Below, piece after piece: positions 7,725-15,611 of a stretch of 22,715 nt of DNA. Within the stretch, counting starts at the first letter, position 1. Each line of letters opens with the position of its first letter. The translations under genes and the position numbers were made by a program. Origin of the DNA: Candidatus Bathyarchaeota archaeon (GTDB lineage Archaea > Thermoproteota > Bathyarchaeia > TCS64); NCBI GenBank assembly GCA_043826455.1, contig JBDRQD010000010.1, forward strand, positions 1 to 22,715, given 5' to 3'. The notes beneath the pieces were generated by a model. It made no database searches and was not told the origin of the DNA. It was given only the letters and a program-made list of their open reading frames with translations.

Positions 7725-9088
7725 AGCCCTACGTGATGCCGATAGTGCTGGGTGACTGCCTGATGCCCATCCAGTTCGGGTACGAGCCCCTGGATAAGAA
7801 GCAGAGGCTCCCTAACCTCACTGGGGAGTACCTGAAGGTGCTGCAGAGGCCCATGAAGCCGGGCCTCATTGAGTTCGTCAGCACCGTTATCATAGGCACC
7901 ATGGGGTACGGGAAGACGGAGTTCGCCAAGTGGGTCGCGGTCAAAATCTCCGAGTTCTACGGAGCCGAGAACGTGAACGCCATCATGAACCGCAGCGCCG
8001 ACCTGAAGACAATCATGGGCGCCATGGACTCCAGGCCGGTGCAACTGCTGTTCCTGGACGATAGCTTCGGGGAGATGCCTCCGGACATCGCCAGGCAGTT
8101 CACCAGGATCAGGCACAGGTTCCACGAGGTCCTGACGGAGGCCGGAAAGCCCGAGTCCGGGGTCATCGTCGCCCTCTTCGGCATCCAGGATATCTACGCG
8201 CTGGATAAGCTGGCCAGGCGGGTCAGCACCGCCATCATCGCGAAGAGTAGCAGCGGCGACAAGTGGTACAAGTCCGACCTAAAGAAGACCTTCGGGGAGG
8301 AGGGCATACGCGAGCTGGACCGGATCACCAGGCGGGTGACGCGCAACTACGACCAGGGCGTCAAGAGCCGCGGCATCATCGCCCTCACCGGCTTCGAGAA
8401 GCCGGGGTTCATCAAGAGCGAGATGGTGGGCGAGGACCTGTACACCGAGATCCTGAGCCCCGAAAAGGATGAGGAGGCACCGCAGGCTGACGCGGAGGTC
8501 TCGGGGATGGAGCTCATCGAGGCCCAGATGCTCGCCCTCAGCGGTGACGCCTTCGCCTTCGACGAGGAGCCCGTCCTCGTGGAGCTGGAGGCTGACAAGA
8601 AGTGGAGGCCCCGGGTCGAGGCGTATAGGAGCTACCTCCGAGGCCGATACCAGGACGACGTCGCCCGAGATCTCGGGGTCACCCAGGGGGCGGTATCCAA
8701 GTGGCTCGGCATGGTCCGCGGGGAGGTGGGCCGCCGCATGGGCGCCGCCTATGAGGTGTACCTGGAAGGCAGCCACAGGCTTAGGCCTGACGTCAGCAGG
8801 GTCACCCGGGATGGCGCCAAGGGCCGCCCTGACCTGGTGGTGGAGCTCAGGGACGGCAGCTACGAGGTGATCAGCGTCAAGTGCTTCAAAAGCGACCGGT
8901 CCATAGTGACCATACCACTAGAGGAGATCCGGCCGGAGCTCAATGAGGCCCACAGGCTGGCCAGGCTGGGGGAGCCGGTGAGGCTCCTGGTCGACTACCT
9001 GAACCTGAAGACAGGCCAGCACGAGGTCACTGAGATCAGCTTAGACGAGCCGCCCCAACGCCTCAACTTCAGGGAATCGGGCAGCTGA
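7721..9088 (+). CDS. P-loop ATPase (Zot/A32/FtsK-HerA-like) - HTH - PD-(D/E)XK nuclease fusion
   Basis: Walker A GTMGYGKT, Walker B LLFLDD, IRH and hhhhQxxxxLDKxxR motifs; HTH QDDVARDLGVTQGAVSKWL; nuclease-like GxxYE...GRPDLVV...ISVKC. Confidence 0.75.
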   Translation: MKPYVMPIVLGDCLMPIQFGYEPLDKKQRLPNLTGEYLKVLQRPMKPGLIEFVSTVIIGTMGYGKTEFAKWVAVKISEFYGAENVNAIMNRSADLKTIMGAMDSRPVQLLFLDDSFGEMPPDIARQFTRIRHRFHEVLTEAGKPESGVIVALFGIQDIYALDKLARRVSTAIIAKSSSGDKWYKSDLKKTFGEEGIRELDRITRRVTRNYDQGVKSRGIIALTGFEKPGFIKSEMVGEDLYTEILSPEKDEEAPQADAEVSGMELIEAQMLALSGDAFAFDEEPVLVELEADKKWRPRVEAYRSYLRGRYQDDVARDLGVTQGAVSKWLGMVRGEVGRRMGAAYEVYLEGSHRLRPDVSRVTRDGAKGRPDLVVELRDGSYEVISVKCFKSDRSIVTIPLEEIRPELNEAHRLARLGEPVRLLVDYLNLKTGQHEVTEISLDEPPQRLNFRESGS

Positions 9089-9146
9089 GCCCCAACATCC
9101 CCCCTTTTACCTGAAATATCACATATAGAATAAGGTTGCCGCATGA

Positions 9147-9386
9147 GGGGCGTTTGGTTCCAGCCAAGGCTAAACGCCCCGTTTTCAACCCCACACCCCC
9201 ACCCCCCAGGCGCCCTCGAGGCAGCGGCGCCAAGGATCCGGGAGGAGGCGGCTCGAAGAGCCGCAGGAGACACAGGATAGGAAGGCCTTCAACACATGAA
9301 GGCCACGGAGGACACCGAGGCCACAGGCGGCCCAGAGCGTGGGGTTGAAAACGGCCCATGGGGTGCCTCCCTGACCGCCCCGGTCA
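9147..9386. repeat. Hairpin-rich non-coding block with perfect 16-bp inverted repeat
   Basis: CCGTTTTCAACCCCAC (9179-9194) pairs with GTGGGGTTGAAAACGG (9339-9354); further stems at 9147-9180, 9248-9264, 9284-9304 and 9372-9386. Confidence 0.75.
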
Positions 9387-9556
9387 AGGTTCAGGGGTTT
9401 ATATAGAGTGAGGGTTTTTCGTGCCTCTCAGGGCCTTCTACGCGGGGGCGGAGTGTCGCGACCACAGAGGCCGCGAGGTCCACGCCTTCCTCAGGGCCTT
9501 CAGCACGTGAGCTGCTTCAACTAGAGGAATACGGTGAAGATCATGGCGAGGCGACT

Positions 9557-9901
9557 CTAAGACACTATGAGCTCCTCAGCCTCCTCCGCGGAGGCCTCCC
9601 CGGGCTGTGTGAGCTCTTTCTCGACCTTCATAAAGCACTGGACGATGGGGGACTCCCTGTCCAGCGTGTAGAGCTCAGCCCTTCCGATCCTCCTGGACAC
9701 CTTGATGGCGCCCTCCTCCAGAAGAACGGGCAGGTACTCGTAGAGGGTACGCTTGGCCATCCCTATGGCCTCCATGACCTCGTTCCTGGGGAAGTCGTGG
9801 TTAGGGTTATCCATGAAGAAGTCCAATAGCCGGAGCTGAGGCGACGCGCCGAACACCTTCAGAAACACCGAGCCGTACTCTTCGCTGTAGATTGACGCCA
9901 T
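9557..9901 (-). CDS. Winged-HTH (ArsR-like) transcriptional regulator
   Basis: LRLLDFF...EVMEAIGMAKRTLYEYLPVLLEEGAI...RRIGRAELYTL wHTH pattern. Confidence 0.8.
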   Translation of the reverse strand: MASIYSEEYGSVFLKVFGASPQLRLLDFFMDNPNHDFPRNEVMEAIGMAKRTLYEYLPVLLEEGAIKVSRRIGRAELYTLDRESPIVQCFMKVEKELTQPGEASAEEAEELIVS

Positions 9902-9991
9902 TCTCTCTATCTAATGCGTTATTAAGACGAAGGTATATAAGTCTGTCACTGTGAAAGGTGTAGTAAGTGACCCAATACGGCGCCCCGCGAT

Positions 9992-10249
9992 ATGACCACT
10001 GAGGAGATCAAGGCCGAGATCTGCTGGAGACTCAAAAGGCGTAACTGCTGGGGCGCCAAATACCTACCAGTGGACAGCCTGGTGGACTGGCTGGGGAAAC
10101 TGGTCAAGGAGGACGGTAAGAAGGTTCACACAGCCATCGAGGACCTGATCAGAGAAGGCCTTGTTATCGGCCACAAGAAGAGGCGCACAATCTCCCTGAA
10201 CCCTCACAGAGTCCGTGAGATTGACAGCCTCCTCGAGGAGCACCTTTAA
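9992..10249 (+). CDS. Small wHTH-like hypothetical protein
   Basis: AIEDLIREGLV...ISLNP wing pattern; divergent from the 9901 gene across TATA-like GTATATAAG (9932-9940). Confidence 0.7.
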   Translation: MTTEEIKAEICWRLKRRNCWGAKYLPVDSLVDWLGKLVKEDGKKVHTAIEDLIREGLVIGHKKRRTISLNPHRVREIDSLLEEHL

Positions 10250-10266
10250 CCGGGGAAGGCTGCCAG

Positions 10267-10282
10267 TGCTCCACGTGGAGCA
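10267..10282. repeat. 16-bp palindrome TGCTCCACGTGGAGCA (copy 7)
   Basis: Perfect dyad 17 nt after the last element ORF. Confidence 0.97.
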
Positions 10283-10594
10283 AGCCACAGCCTGAGCTTA
10301 CCTGCATCTTCTGGATGCAACAATAAGCCTTTTTGTTGCATTGAGGGAGAGAAGGCGCAGAAAAGGCCCATTTCCTCCCCTCTATACTCTACTGCAGCCC
10401 GTGGGCACGTACGAACGACCCAGCACCCGCGCCTCTTCTTCTGGAGAGCTTCCGCTAAGGCCCTCCAGACTACAGCCAGCAGCTCACCTGGACCCTTGGA
10501 GGGCCTGAGAACATGGATTTATACGTAAGTAACCTGATGTAGTAGGCGTGGACCTGAAAAATATGCAGGCAAAAGGGAATACAGGTGATGTTTG

Positions 10595-10810
10595 ATGCCC
10601 TATTGCACAGAGTGTGGAGGTAAGCTGAAATGGGACCCCAAGCTGAGACACTACAGCTGCCAGAGCTGCGGCCTCACATACACTGAAGCTGAACTCTCCC
10701 GAGCCCTCGAAAAGTTGTACGAGAAAAACGACGACGAGGAAGAGAAGAAGCGGCAACGTAACGAGGACTATTTGGATTGGTGGACGAGCTCCAAGAAAAA
10801 GAGAGGTTAA
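10595..10810 (+). CDS. Small Zn-ribbon protein (host)
   Basis: CTECGG...CQSCG motifs; charged C-terminal helix ending YLDWW. Confidence 0.8.
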   Translation: MPYCTECGGKLKWDPKLRHYSCQSCGLTYTEAELSRALEKLYEKNDDEEEKKRQRNEDYLDWWTSSKKKRG

Positions 10811-10915
10811 GTATTTATTGTAATTACTTTCAATGCACCAATAATTTTTACAATGTTTAAACTTTAAAGCCTGCAATGATTATATGATTAATAGAATAAT
10901 CCCTGGTGCGTATCA

Positions 10916-11566
10916 ATGGTATTCCCCGTCGAGTCCGAAGACCGTACAATGCGAAACCTTCTCATGCTCTGTCAGGACCATGCAAGGCTGACCGTTGAGA
11001 GCTTTAGAAAGATCCTCGCCCTGATCGATATCCTAGCGAAGAAGAAGGGAACATCGGCGGGCCTCATGGACAGCGTTCAGACTATCACCGATGAAGCGGG
11101 TGGAATTAAGGTCACTCTGATCAAGGAGCTCCACGAGATCGGAGGCGTTCTAGTGAACAGAGACGACTTCTTCAGGCTAATCAGCGCCTTCGGTGATATA
11201 ATGGATCAGATAAAGGGGACAGGGGCTAGGCTCACGGTGATAGAAAAAAGACGGTGGCAGATGCCTGAAAACGTTGCAGCGGGGATGCTGGAGCTGAGTG
11301 ACCTGGCCTTCGACGCTTTAATCAAACTGAGGGAGGCCATGATGAGCCTGGGCTTCAACTCAGACAAGGCCATCGGGTTCACCAAGCAGATTGAGGATAT
11401 AGAGAGAAAGTTTGACGAGAACTACATGAACGTGGAGATGGAGGTCATCACAAGCGCCATGGAGCTGCCGGCCATCCTGATCCTTAAGGACACGATAAAT
11501 CTCATGGAGAACATGGTTGACAAGGTCAGAGAGGCCTCAGACCACATACGCATAATAGCATTGTAA
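10916..11566 (+). CDS. DUF47/PhoU-like phosphate transport regulator
   Basis: All-helical 216-aa protein with two repeats; RDDFFRL...IMD and IERKFD...MENMVDKVREASD motifs. Confidence 0.8.
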   Translation: MVFPVESEDRTMRNLLMLCQDHARLTVESFRKILALIDILAKKKGTSAGLMDSVQTITDEAGGIKVTLIKELHEIGGVLVNRDDFFRLISAFGDIMDQIKGTGARLTVIEKRRWQMPENVAAGMLELSDLAFDALIKLREAMMSLGFNSDKAIGFTKQIEDIERKFDENYMNVEMEVITSAMELPAILILKDTINLMENMVDKVREASDHIRIIAL

Positions 11567-11576
11567 CTGATCAAAC

Positions 11577-12116
11577 ATGTCTCCCGTTGCCCAGTTGGTG
11601 GAAAACAACAGACTGATAGTATGGGACACGAGTCAAGGCAACGAGTTATTTTCGGAAGGTTTCTACGGTAAACCCCTAGGAATACCCAAGCCAAAAGAAG
11701 AGTTTGACACACCGCTGGTACTTGACGCCATAGAAGGGCTTTACCTGGCTGAAACCGGGCGGCTAAAGGTACAAGACTTGAAAGGTAGGTTCATCTCCCT
11801 GAGAAGTTTGAGAAACAAGATCGCTGGGGGCATACAGGGCTTCGAAGCCAAGTACAAGACATACAAGGATCTTAGATCACGAGGGTACGTGGTCTCGCCC
11901 GGCATTAAATACGGGTGCGACTTCGCTGTCTACGAGCACGGCCCAGGGATAGACCACGCGCCTTACATAGTGCAGGTGTGGAGCGGAGAACAGGACATGG
12001 AAGCGGCTGAGATGGTAAAAGCTGGCAGACTGGCTACAACTGTGAGAAAATCGTTCATATTGGCCATAGTAAACGAGCAGGTGAGGTACCTGGAGTTCGA
12101 CTGGTGGAAGGCCTAG
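11577..12116 (+). CDS. endA: tRNA-intron (splicing) endonuclease, catalytic subunit
   Basis: YKDLRSRGYVVSPGIKYGCDFAVYEHGPGIDHAPY...GRLATTVRK containing the Tyr/His/Lys triad. Confidence 0.95.
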   Translation: MSPVAQLVENNRLIVWDTSQGNELFSEGFYGKPLGIPKPKEEFDTPLVLDAIEGLYLAETGRLKVQDLKGRFISLRSLRNKIAGGIQGFEAKYKTYKDLRSRGYVVSPGIKYGCDFAVYEHGPGIDHAPYIVQVWSGEQDMEAAEMVKAGRLATTVRKSFILAIVNEQVRYLEFDWWKA

Positions 12117-12556
12117 TGCTCCTCTTTCATGAACTCCTTAAAGTCGCTGGGCTCCTTGAACTCCCTGTAGACTGACGCGAACCTAACATAGCAAACATAG
12201 TCCAGGTCTCTAAGATAGGAGATGACGATGTCACCTATCTCCCTGCTAGACACCTCGTCTTTCCCATCTGCTATGATCCTTTGACGCACCTGCTCCGCTA
12301 TGTCCTTGATCTGCTCAAGACTCACCGGACGCTTCTCGCAGGCCTTCTGAAGGCCCTTGACAATCTTGTCGCTGTTGAACCTCTCCAGGCGCCCATCCTT
12401 TTTCCGGACCATGAGCTCGATCTCCTCGATGTACTCGTAGGTGGTAAAGCGTTTACTGCATGCGGAGCACTCCTTTCGACGCCTAACCATGTTGTTGTGG
12501 GAGTCCCTAGTCTCAAGGGTTCTGAGTTCCTCTAAGCCACAGAAAGGACATTTCAA
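12113..12556 (-). CDS. nrdR: Transcriptional repressor NrdR (TTG start)
   Basis: KCPFCG...RRRKECSACSKRFTTYE Zn ribbon; ATP-cone VRKKDGRLERFNSDKI; YVRFASVYREF. Confidence 0.95.
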   Translation of the reverse strand: MKCPFCGLEELRTLETRDSHNNMVRRRKECSACSKRFTTYEYIEEIELMVRKKDGRLERFNSDKIVKGLQKACEKRPVSLEQIKDIAEQVRQRIIADGKDEVSSREIGDIVISYLRDLDYVCYVRFASVYREFKEPSDFKEFMKEEH

Positions 12557-12854
12557 GGGTCTACACTGTCCCGGGTTGAAACCGTTAACAGAAAGGTGAT
12601 TATAAGCTTTTTGCGGAGAGCCGTTCGAGGAATGTGTTGTTTTTCTATACCTACACATTCAAGGAAACTGTGAATAGAATGTTTTTCTCGGACCACACAA
12701 ACGCTTTAAACCGATCACTGTCACCTAGAAAACAGAAGACGAGGCTCACCTCCCACTCCTAGGGCTAACTCCTAGAGAATATGGATGCAGAAACTAGTTT
12801 TTCTCTCCAGAATCTCTTTTTATATTAAAGATATGGATTTGCCAGGGCTGAAAG

Positions 12855-13763
12855 ATGCAGGTTGGACAATTACAACTCGAAAAAGGCGAGAAGAAGAAGA
12901 CTGAGCTTATGGAGGACGAACTGGAGCTCCTGCCGGTATACACTAAAGAGACCAGCAGGACACGTATCCCCTCCGAGGCCATGGAGCACATCAGTGCTCT
13001 GAAGAGCATAGACCAGGCTCTCAGCAGGTTCAAGCTCAGTAAGAATGAGGTCAGGGTATATCTTTATCTGGCGAGGTTCGGCGCCCACAAGGCTCAAAGT
13101 GTCGCGGAGGCGCTGGGTGTGCATCGCACAGAGGCCTATAAGATACTGCGCCGCCTCGAGACCCAGGGTCTCATCAGTAGGGTCATGGAGAGGCCCATGA
13201 AGTTTGTCGCCGTCCCCTTTGAGACGGTCCTGAATAACCTCATCGAGGAAAGGCGACAACGCATCTACAAGATGGAGCAGCAGAAAACCGAGCTTCTCAA
13301 GATATGGAAGAGCCTTCCTGAGCCTGAGAACGTACAGCAGACGAAGGAGACCTTCCAGGTGCTGGAGGGCAAACGCCACATCAGTGTGAGGCTCAACGAG
13401 CTTTTAACAGGATGCAAAGAGACCTTCGACATGGTGGCATCGGATAACAACCTCATCTGGCTCTACAACACCCCGTTCCTAGAGGAGCTGGACGAGTTGG
13501 CCACCAAGAAGGGCATAAAGGTGCGACTACTGACCAACTACTCGCCCACAAGCAGCTACGTTCTGGACCAGATAGAGATAGGTGACGGTGACTTCGCGTA
13601 CCTGAAGAAGTACGAGATGCCGGGCTACTTCGTCAAAGACGGGGAGGAGATGATCCTTCTCATGGCCAACGACCAGAGCAACCTTTACGGCATGTGGACA
13701 AACTATGAGACCATCGTGGACAGCTACAAGATCCTTTTCGAGTTACTCTGGAAGAGCAAGTAG
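12855..13763 (+). CDS. TrmB-family transcriptional regulator
   Basis: LSKNEVRVYLYLARFG...HRTEAYKILRRLETQGL...PMKFVAVP N-terminal HTH plus effector domain. Confidence 0.9.
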   Translation: MQVGQLQLEKGEKKKTELMEDELELLPVYTKETSRTRIPSEAMEHISALKSIDQALSRFKLSKNEVRVYLYLARFGAHKAQSVAEALGVHRTEAYKILRRLETQGLISRVMERPMKFVAVPFETVLNNLIEERRQRIYKMEQQKTELLKIWKSLPEPENVQQTKETFQVLEGKRHISVRLNELLTGCKETFDMVASDNNLIWLYNTPFLEELDELATKKGIKVRLLTNYSPTSSYVLDQIEIGDGDFAYLKKYEMPGYFVKDGEEMILLMANDQSNLYGMWTNYETIVDSYKILFELLWKSK

Positions 13764-13774
13764 GCCTCTTTCCT

Positions 13775-14062
13775 TTACATTATTAGACTAATGTTCCATA
13801 GGCTAACAGCTACCTTGAATAACCCAGCCACCAAGGGGAACATGTATAGAATCTTGGCGGCTCTACTTTTCACAAGCCTGTTAACCAGGTACGGCACAAT
13901 GATGCAGACGCCAACCATCATGAGATCGGTGGGTATCCACAGGCCGGTCTCCATGAGTGAGGCGGCCAACATATTACCTTCCAAGAGCCCTACGCTCAGC
14001 CCTTTAGTGGTTGACGCCCAGTCGCCTAGAGCTCCCAGCAGAAGCAGTAGATACGCGGCCAT
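13775..14062 (-). CDS. Small membrane protein (DUF5658-like)
   Basis: DxxxTxxGLxxGxxEGN motif; three hydrophobic segments. Confidence 0.65.
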   Translation of the reverse strand: MAAYLLLLLGALGDWASTTKGLSVGLLEGNMLAASLMETGLWIPTDLMMVGVCIIVPYLVNRLVKSRAAKILYMFPLVAGLFKVAVSLWNISLIM

Positions 14063-14257
14063 TTCGAACCTGCCACTTAGCTGGGTCCGGAACAAATAGA
14101 TCGAAAATATAGATCAAGAATCCATGATATAAAGTTATAGATCACAAATACATTAATTATCATCAATATAATAATCTATTTAATAAACCGGAATAAATTA
14201 ATAAATCAATAAACAACCTATAAAAACAGTTTGAATATATTGATTAAAATAAATGAG

Positions 14258-15016
14258 TTATTCTATTCTCCAGTAAAACCCGATGTCGCCTGCCTCGCTT
14301 TGACCCAGATTTACTCTGAAGCTGTCCGAGTCAACATCACTGACCCAGAAACCGGGGCCGGTTATCTCATTCCTAGGCGTCACTTGTATGTTTGTGGATA
14401 CCCGCCCCAGGTTATGGGACACTTCAACGAAGACGCTGCCTGATGCTATGGACGTTGTCCCAGATTGATAAGACAACGTTAAACCAGTCGACACGGTGAC
14501 GCCGTTCAGGGTCGAATACATCACGTACCTATAAGTTGGACTCACGGCATCAATGTGAATCAGTAACTCGATGGTTTCCCCAGGGTCCCAGTTGCCGCTC
14601 ACCGGCACAGTTAAGACCATGGGGTTTACCTGGTCGCCCTCGGCTCCGTTGAAGAATACCCTGTTGATCTTCCAGTAGTCGCCTGAGGAGGCTCCTTGAT
14701 TGAAGGCCAGCCACTCAGACTTTGTGGCCCCTGCCTCGATGTAGGTGACTATCAGGTCAAACTTGTCGAACTCTCTTAGAGCCATGATGGTTTCCCCCGC
14801 GTTTGTCGCGTTAAGCCTGAGGGTCTGGGCGTCGTCAAGCTTCCAGCCGGTGAAGGCCATCCTCTCGTGGACAATGGTCTGGGTCCTGTCAACCCTGCTG
14901 TCTATGGCTTGGGTAATGATGCTGAAACCTGAGACAGCCGTGGTGATGAGGATGGTGATTCCTGCTATCATCATTATGGCGGTAAACGCCGTTGCCACGG
15001 TGGTTGACTGTCCCAT
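14258..15016 (-). CDS. flaF: Archaellum accessory protein ArlF/FlaF with C-terminal beta-rich extension
   Basis: N-terminal TM helix; NAGET and WDPGETIEL motifs; follows flaG. Confidence 0.75.
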   Translation of the reverse strand: MGQSTTVATAFTAIMMIAGITILITTAVSGFSIITQAIDSRVDRTQTIVHERMAFTGWKLDDAQTLRLNATNAGETIMALREFDKFDLIVTYIEAGATKSEWLAFNQGASSGDYWKINRVFFNGAEGDQVNPMVLTVPVSGNWDPGETIELLIHIDAVSPTYRYVMYSTLNGVTVSTGLTLSYQSGTTSIASGSVFVEVSHNLGRVSTNIQVTPRNEITGPGFWVSDVDSDSFRVNLGQSEAGDIGFYWRIE

Positions 15017-15018
15017 CC

Positions 15019-15501
15019 TTAACCGCCTATGCTGAAGTACAGCTCATCGTCGACCCCGTTGAACGTGTTGAAGCAGAAGTAGTAGTCCCCCTTGCTGAGG
15101 ACTGCGGAAGCCGTTATCGTGACCTCTATCGTCTCTCCGCTCTGCCAGTTGGTGTCGTCGCTGTTCACGAGCCGGAAGCTCCAGCCTGCACCGGACTCGG
15201 CGTACTCCACTAGGCTGAACTCCCCATACTTTCCGAATATGACATCGCCTCTCTGTATGACGGCAGAGGGCATAATGTATGTCCCAGTGTTCTTAACCCA
15301 GACCTTGACTGTGGTGGAGCTCGTGTTCACGGCTGAGATGACCTGGATGCTGGTCTTCATCTTGTCGCCGAGCCTCTCTGACATGGTCAGACTGCTCTGC
15401 TCTATCCCCGTCATGGCTGTCAGGAAGACCTGGCTCAGCATAGCGGCTGCCACAACTACAGCTACGAGTACTATGCCTTCTGACACGATCGAGGAGGCCA
15501 T
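15019..15501 (-). CDS. flaG: Archaellum accessory protein ArlG/FlaG
   Basis: MASSIVSEGIVLVAVVVAA...VWVKNTG...WQSGETIEV...NGV. Confidence 0.85.
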   Translation of the reverse strand: MASSIVSEGIVLVAVVVAAAMLSQVFLTAMTGIEQSSLTMSERLGDKMKTSIQVISAVNTSSTTVKVWVKNTGTYIMPSAVIQRGDVIFGKYGEFSLVEYAESGAGWSFRLVNSDDTNWQSGETIEVTITASAVLSKGDYYFCFNTFNGVDDELYFSIGG

Positions 15502-15611
15502 TTTCACTCCATCATCGAGCTGGAATATATAGATAGTTTATGAAGGCGTGTTATGGAACAGATATAGTCGCCCAGACAACAGTGATGTAGATCGAGGACT
15601 ATGTAATGCCG

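Larger units (their letters stand above)
1..10400. mobile_element. Integrated archaeal plasmid/provirus-like element (boundaries approximate; left end probably outside window)
   Basis: Contains an integrase, helicase + primase replication module, RHH/wHTH regulators and many short coupled ORFs. It is visibly GC-richer than the downstream housekeeping genes, and an element-specific 16-bp palindrome spans 1169-10282. No att direct repeat could be identified. Confidence 0.85.

Noticed and set aside
9069..9359. ORFs 9069-9359(-), 9136-9348(+) and 8995-9273(-)
   Set aside because: Pro/Gly/Arg-rich translations of GC-rich hairpin DNA with no recognisable domain, although 9359(-) has a GGAGG upstream and cannot be fully excluded.
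1169..10282. Palindromes as a CRISPR array
   Set aside because: Copies are only 16 bp, are irregularly spaced hundreds to thousands of bases apart, and several lie in ORFs; no cas genes are present.
10400..10590. tRNA gene or tRNA-derived att site at the element's right end
   Set aside because: No cloverleaf or TTCRA T-loop found on either strand.
12557..12658. N-terminal extension of NrdR
   Set aside because: Homology begins at (M)KCPFC; TTG at 12556 is the probable start.
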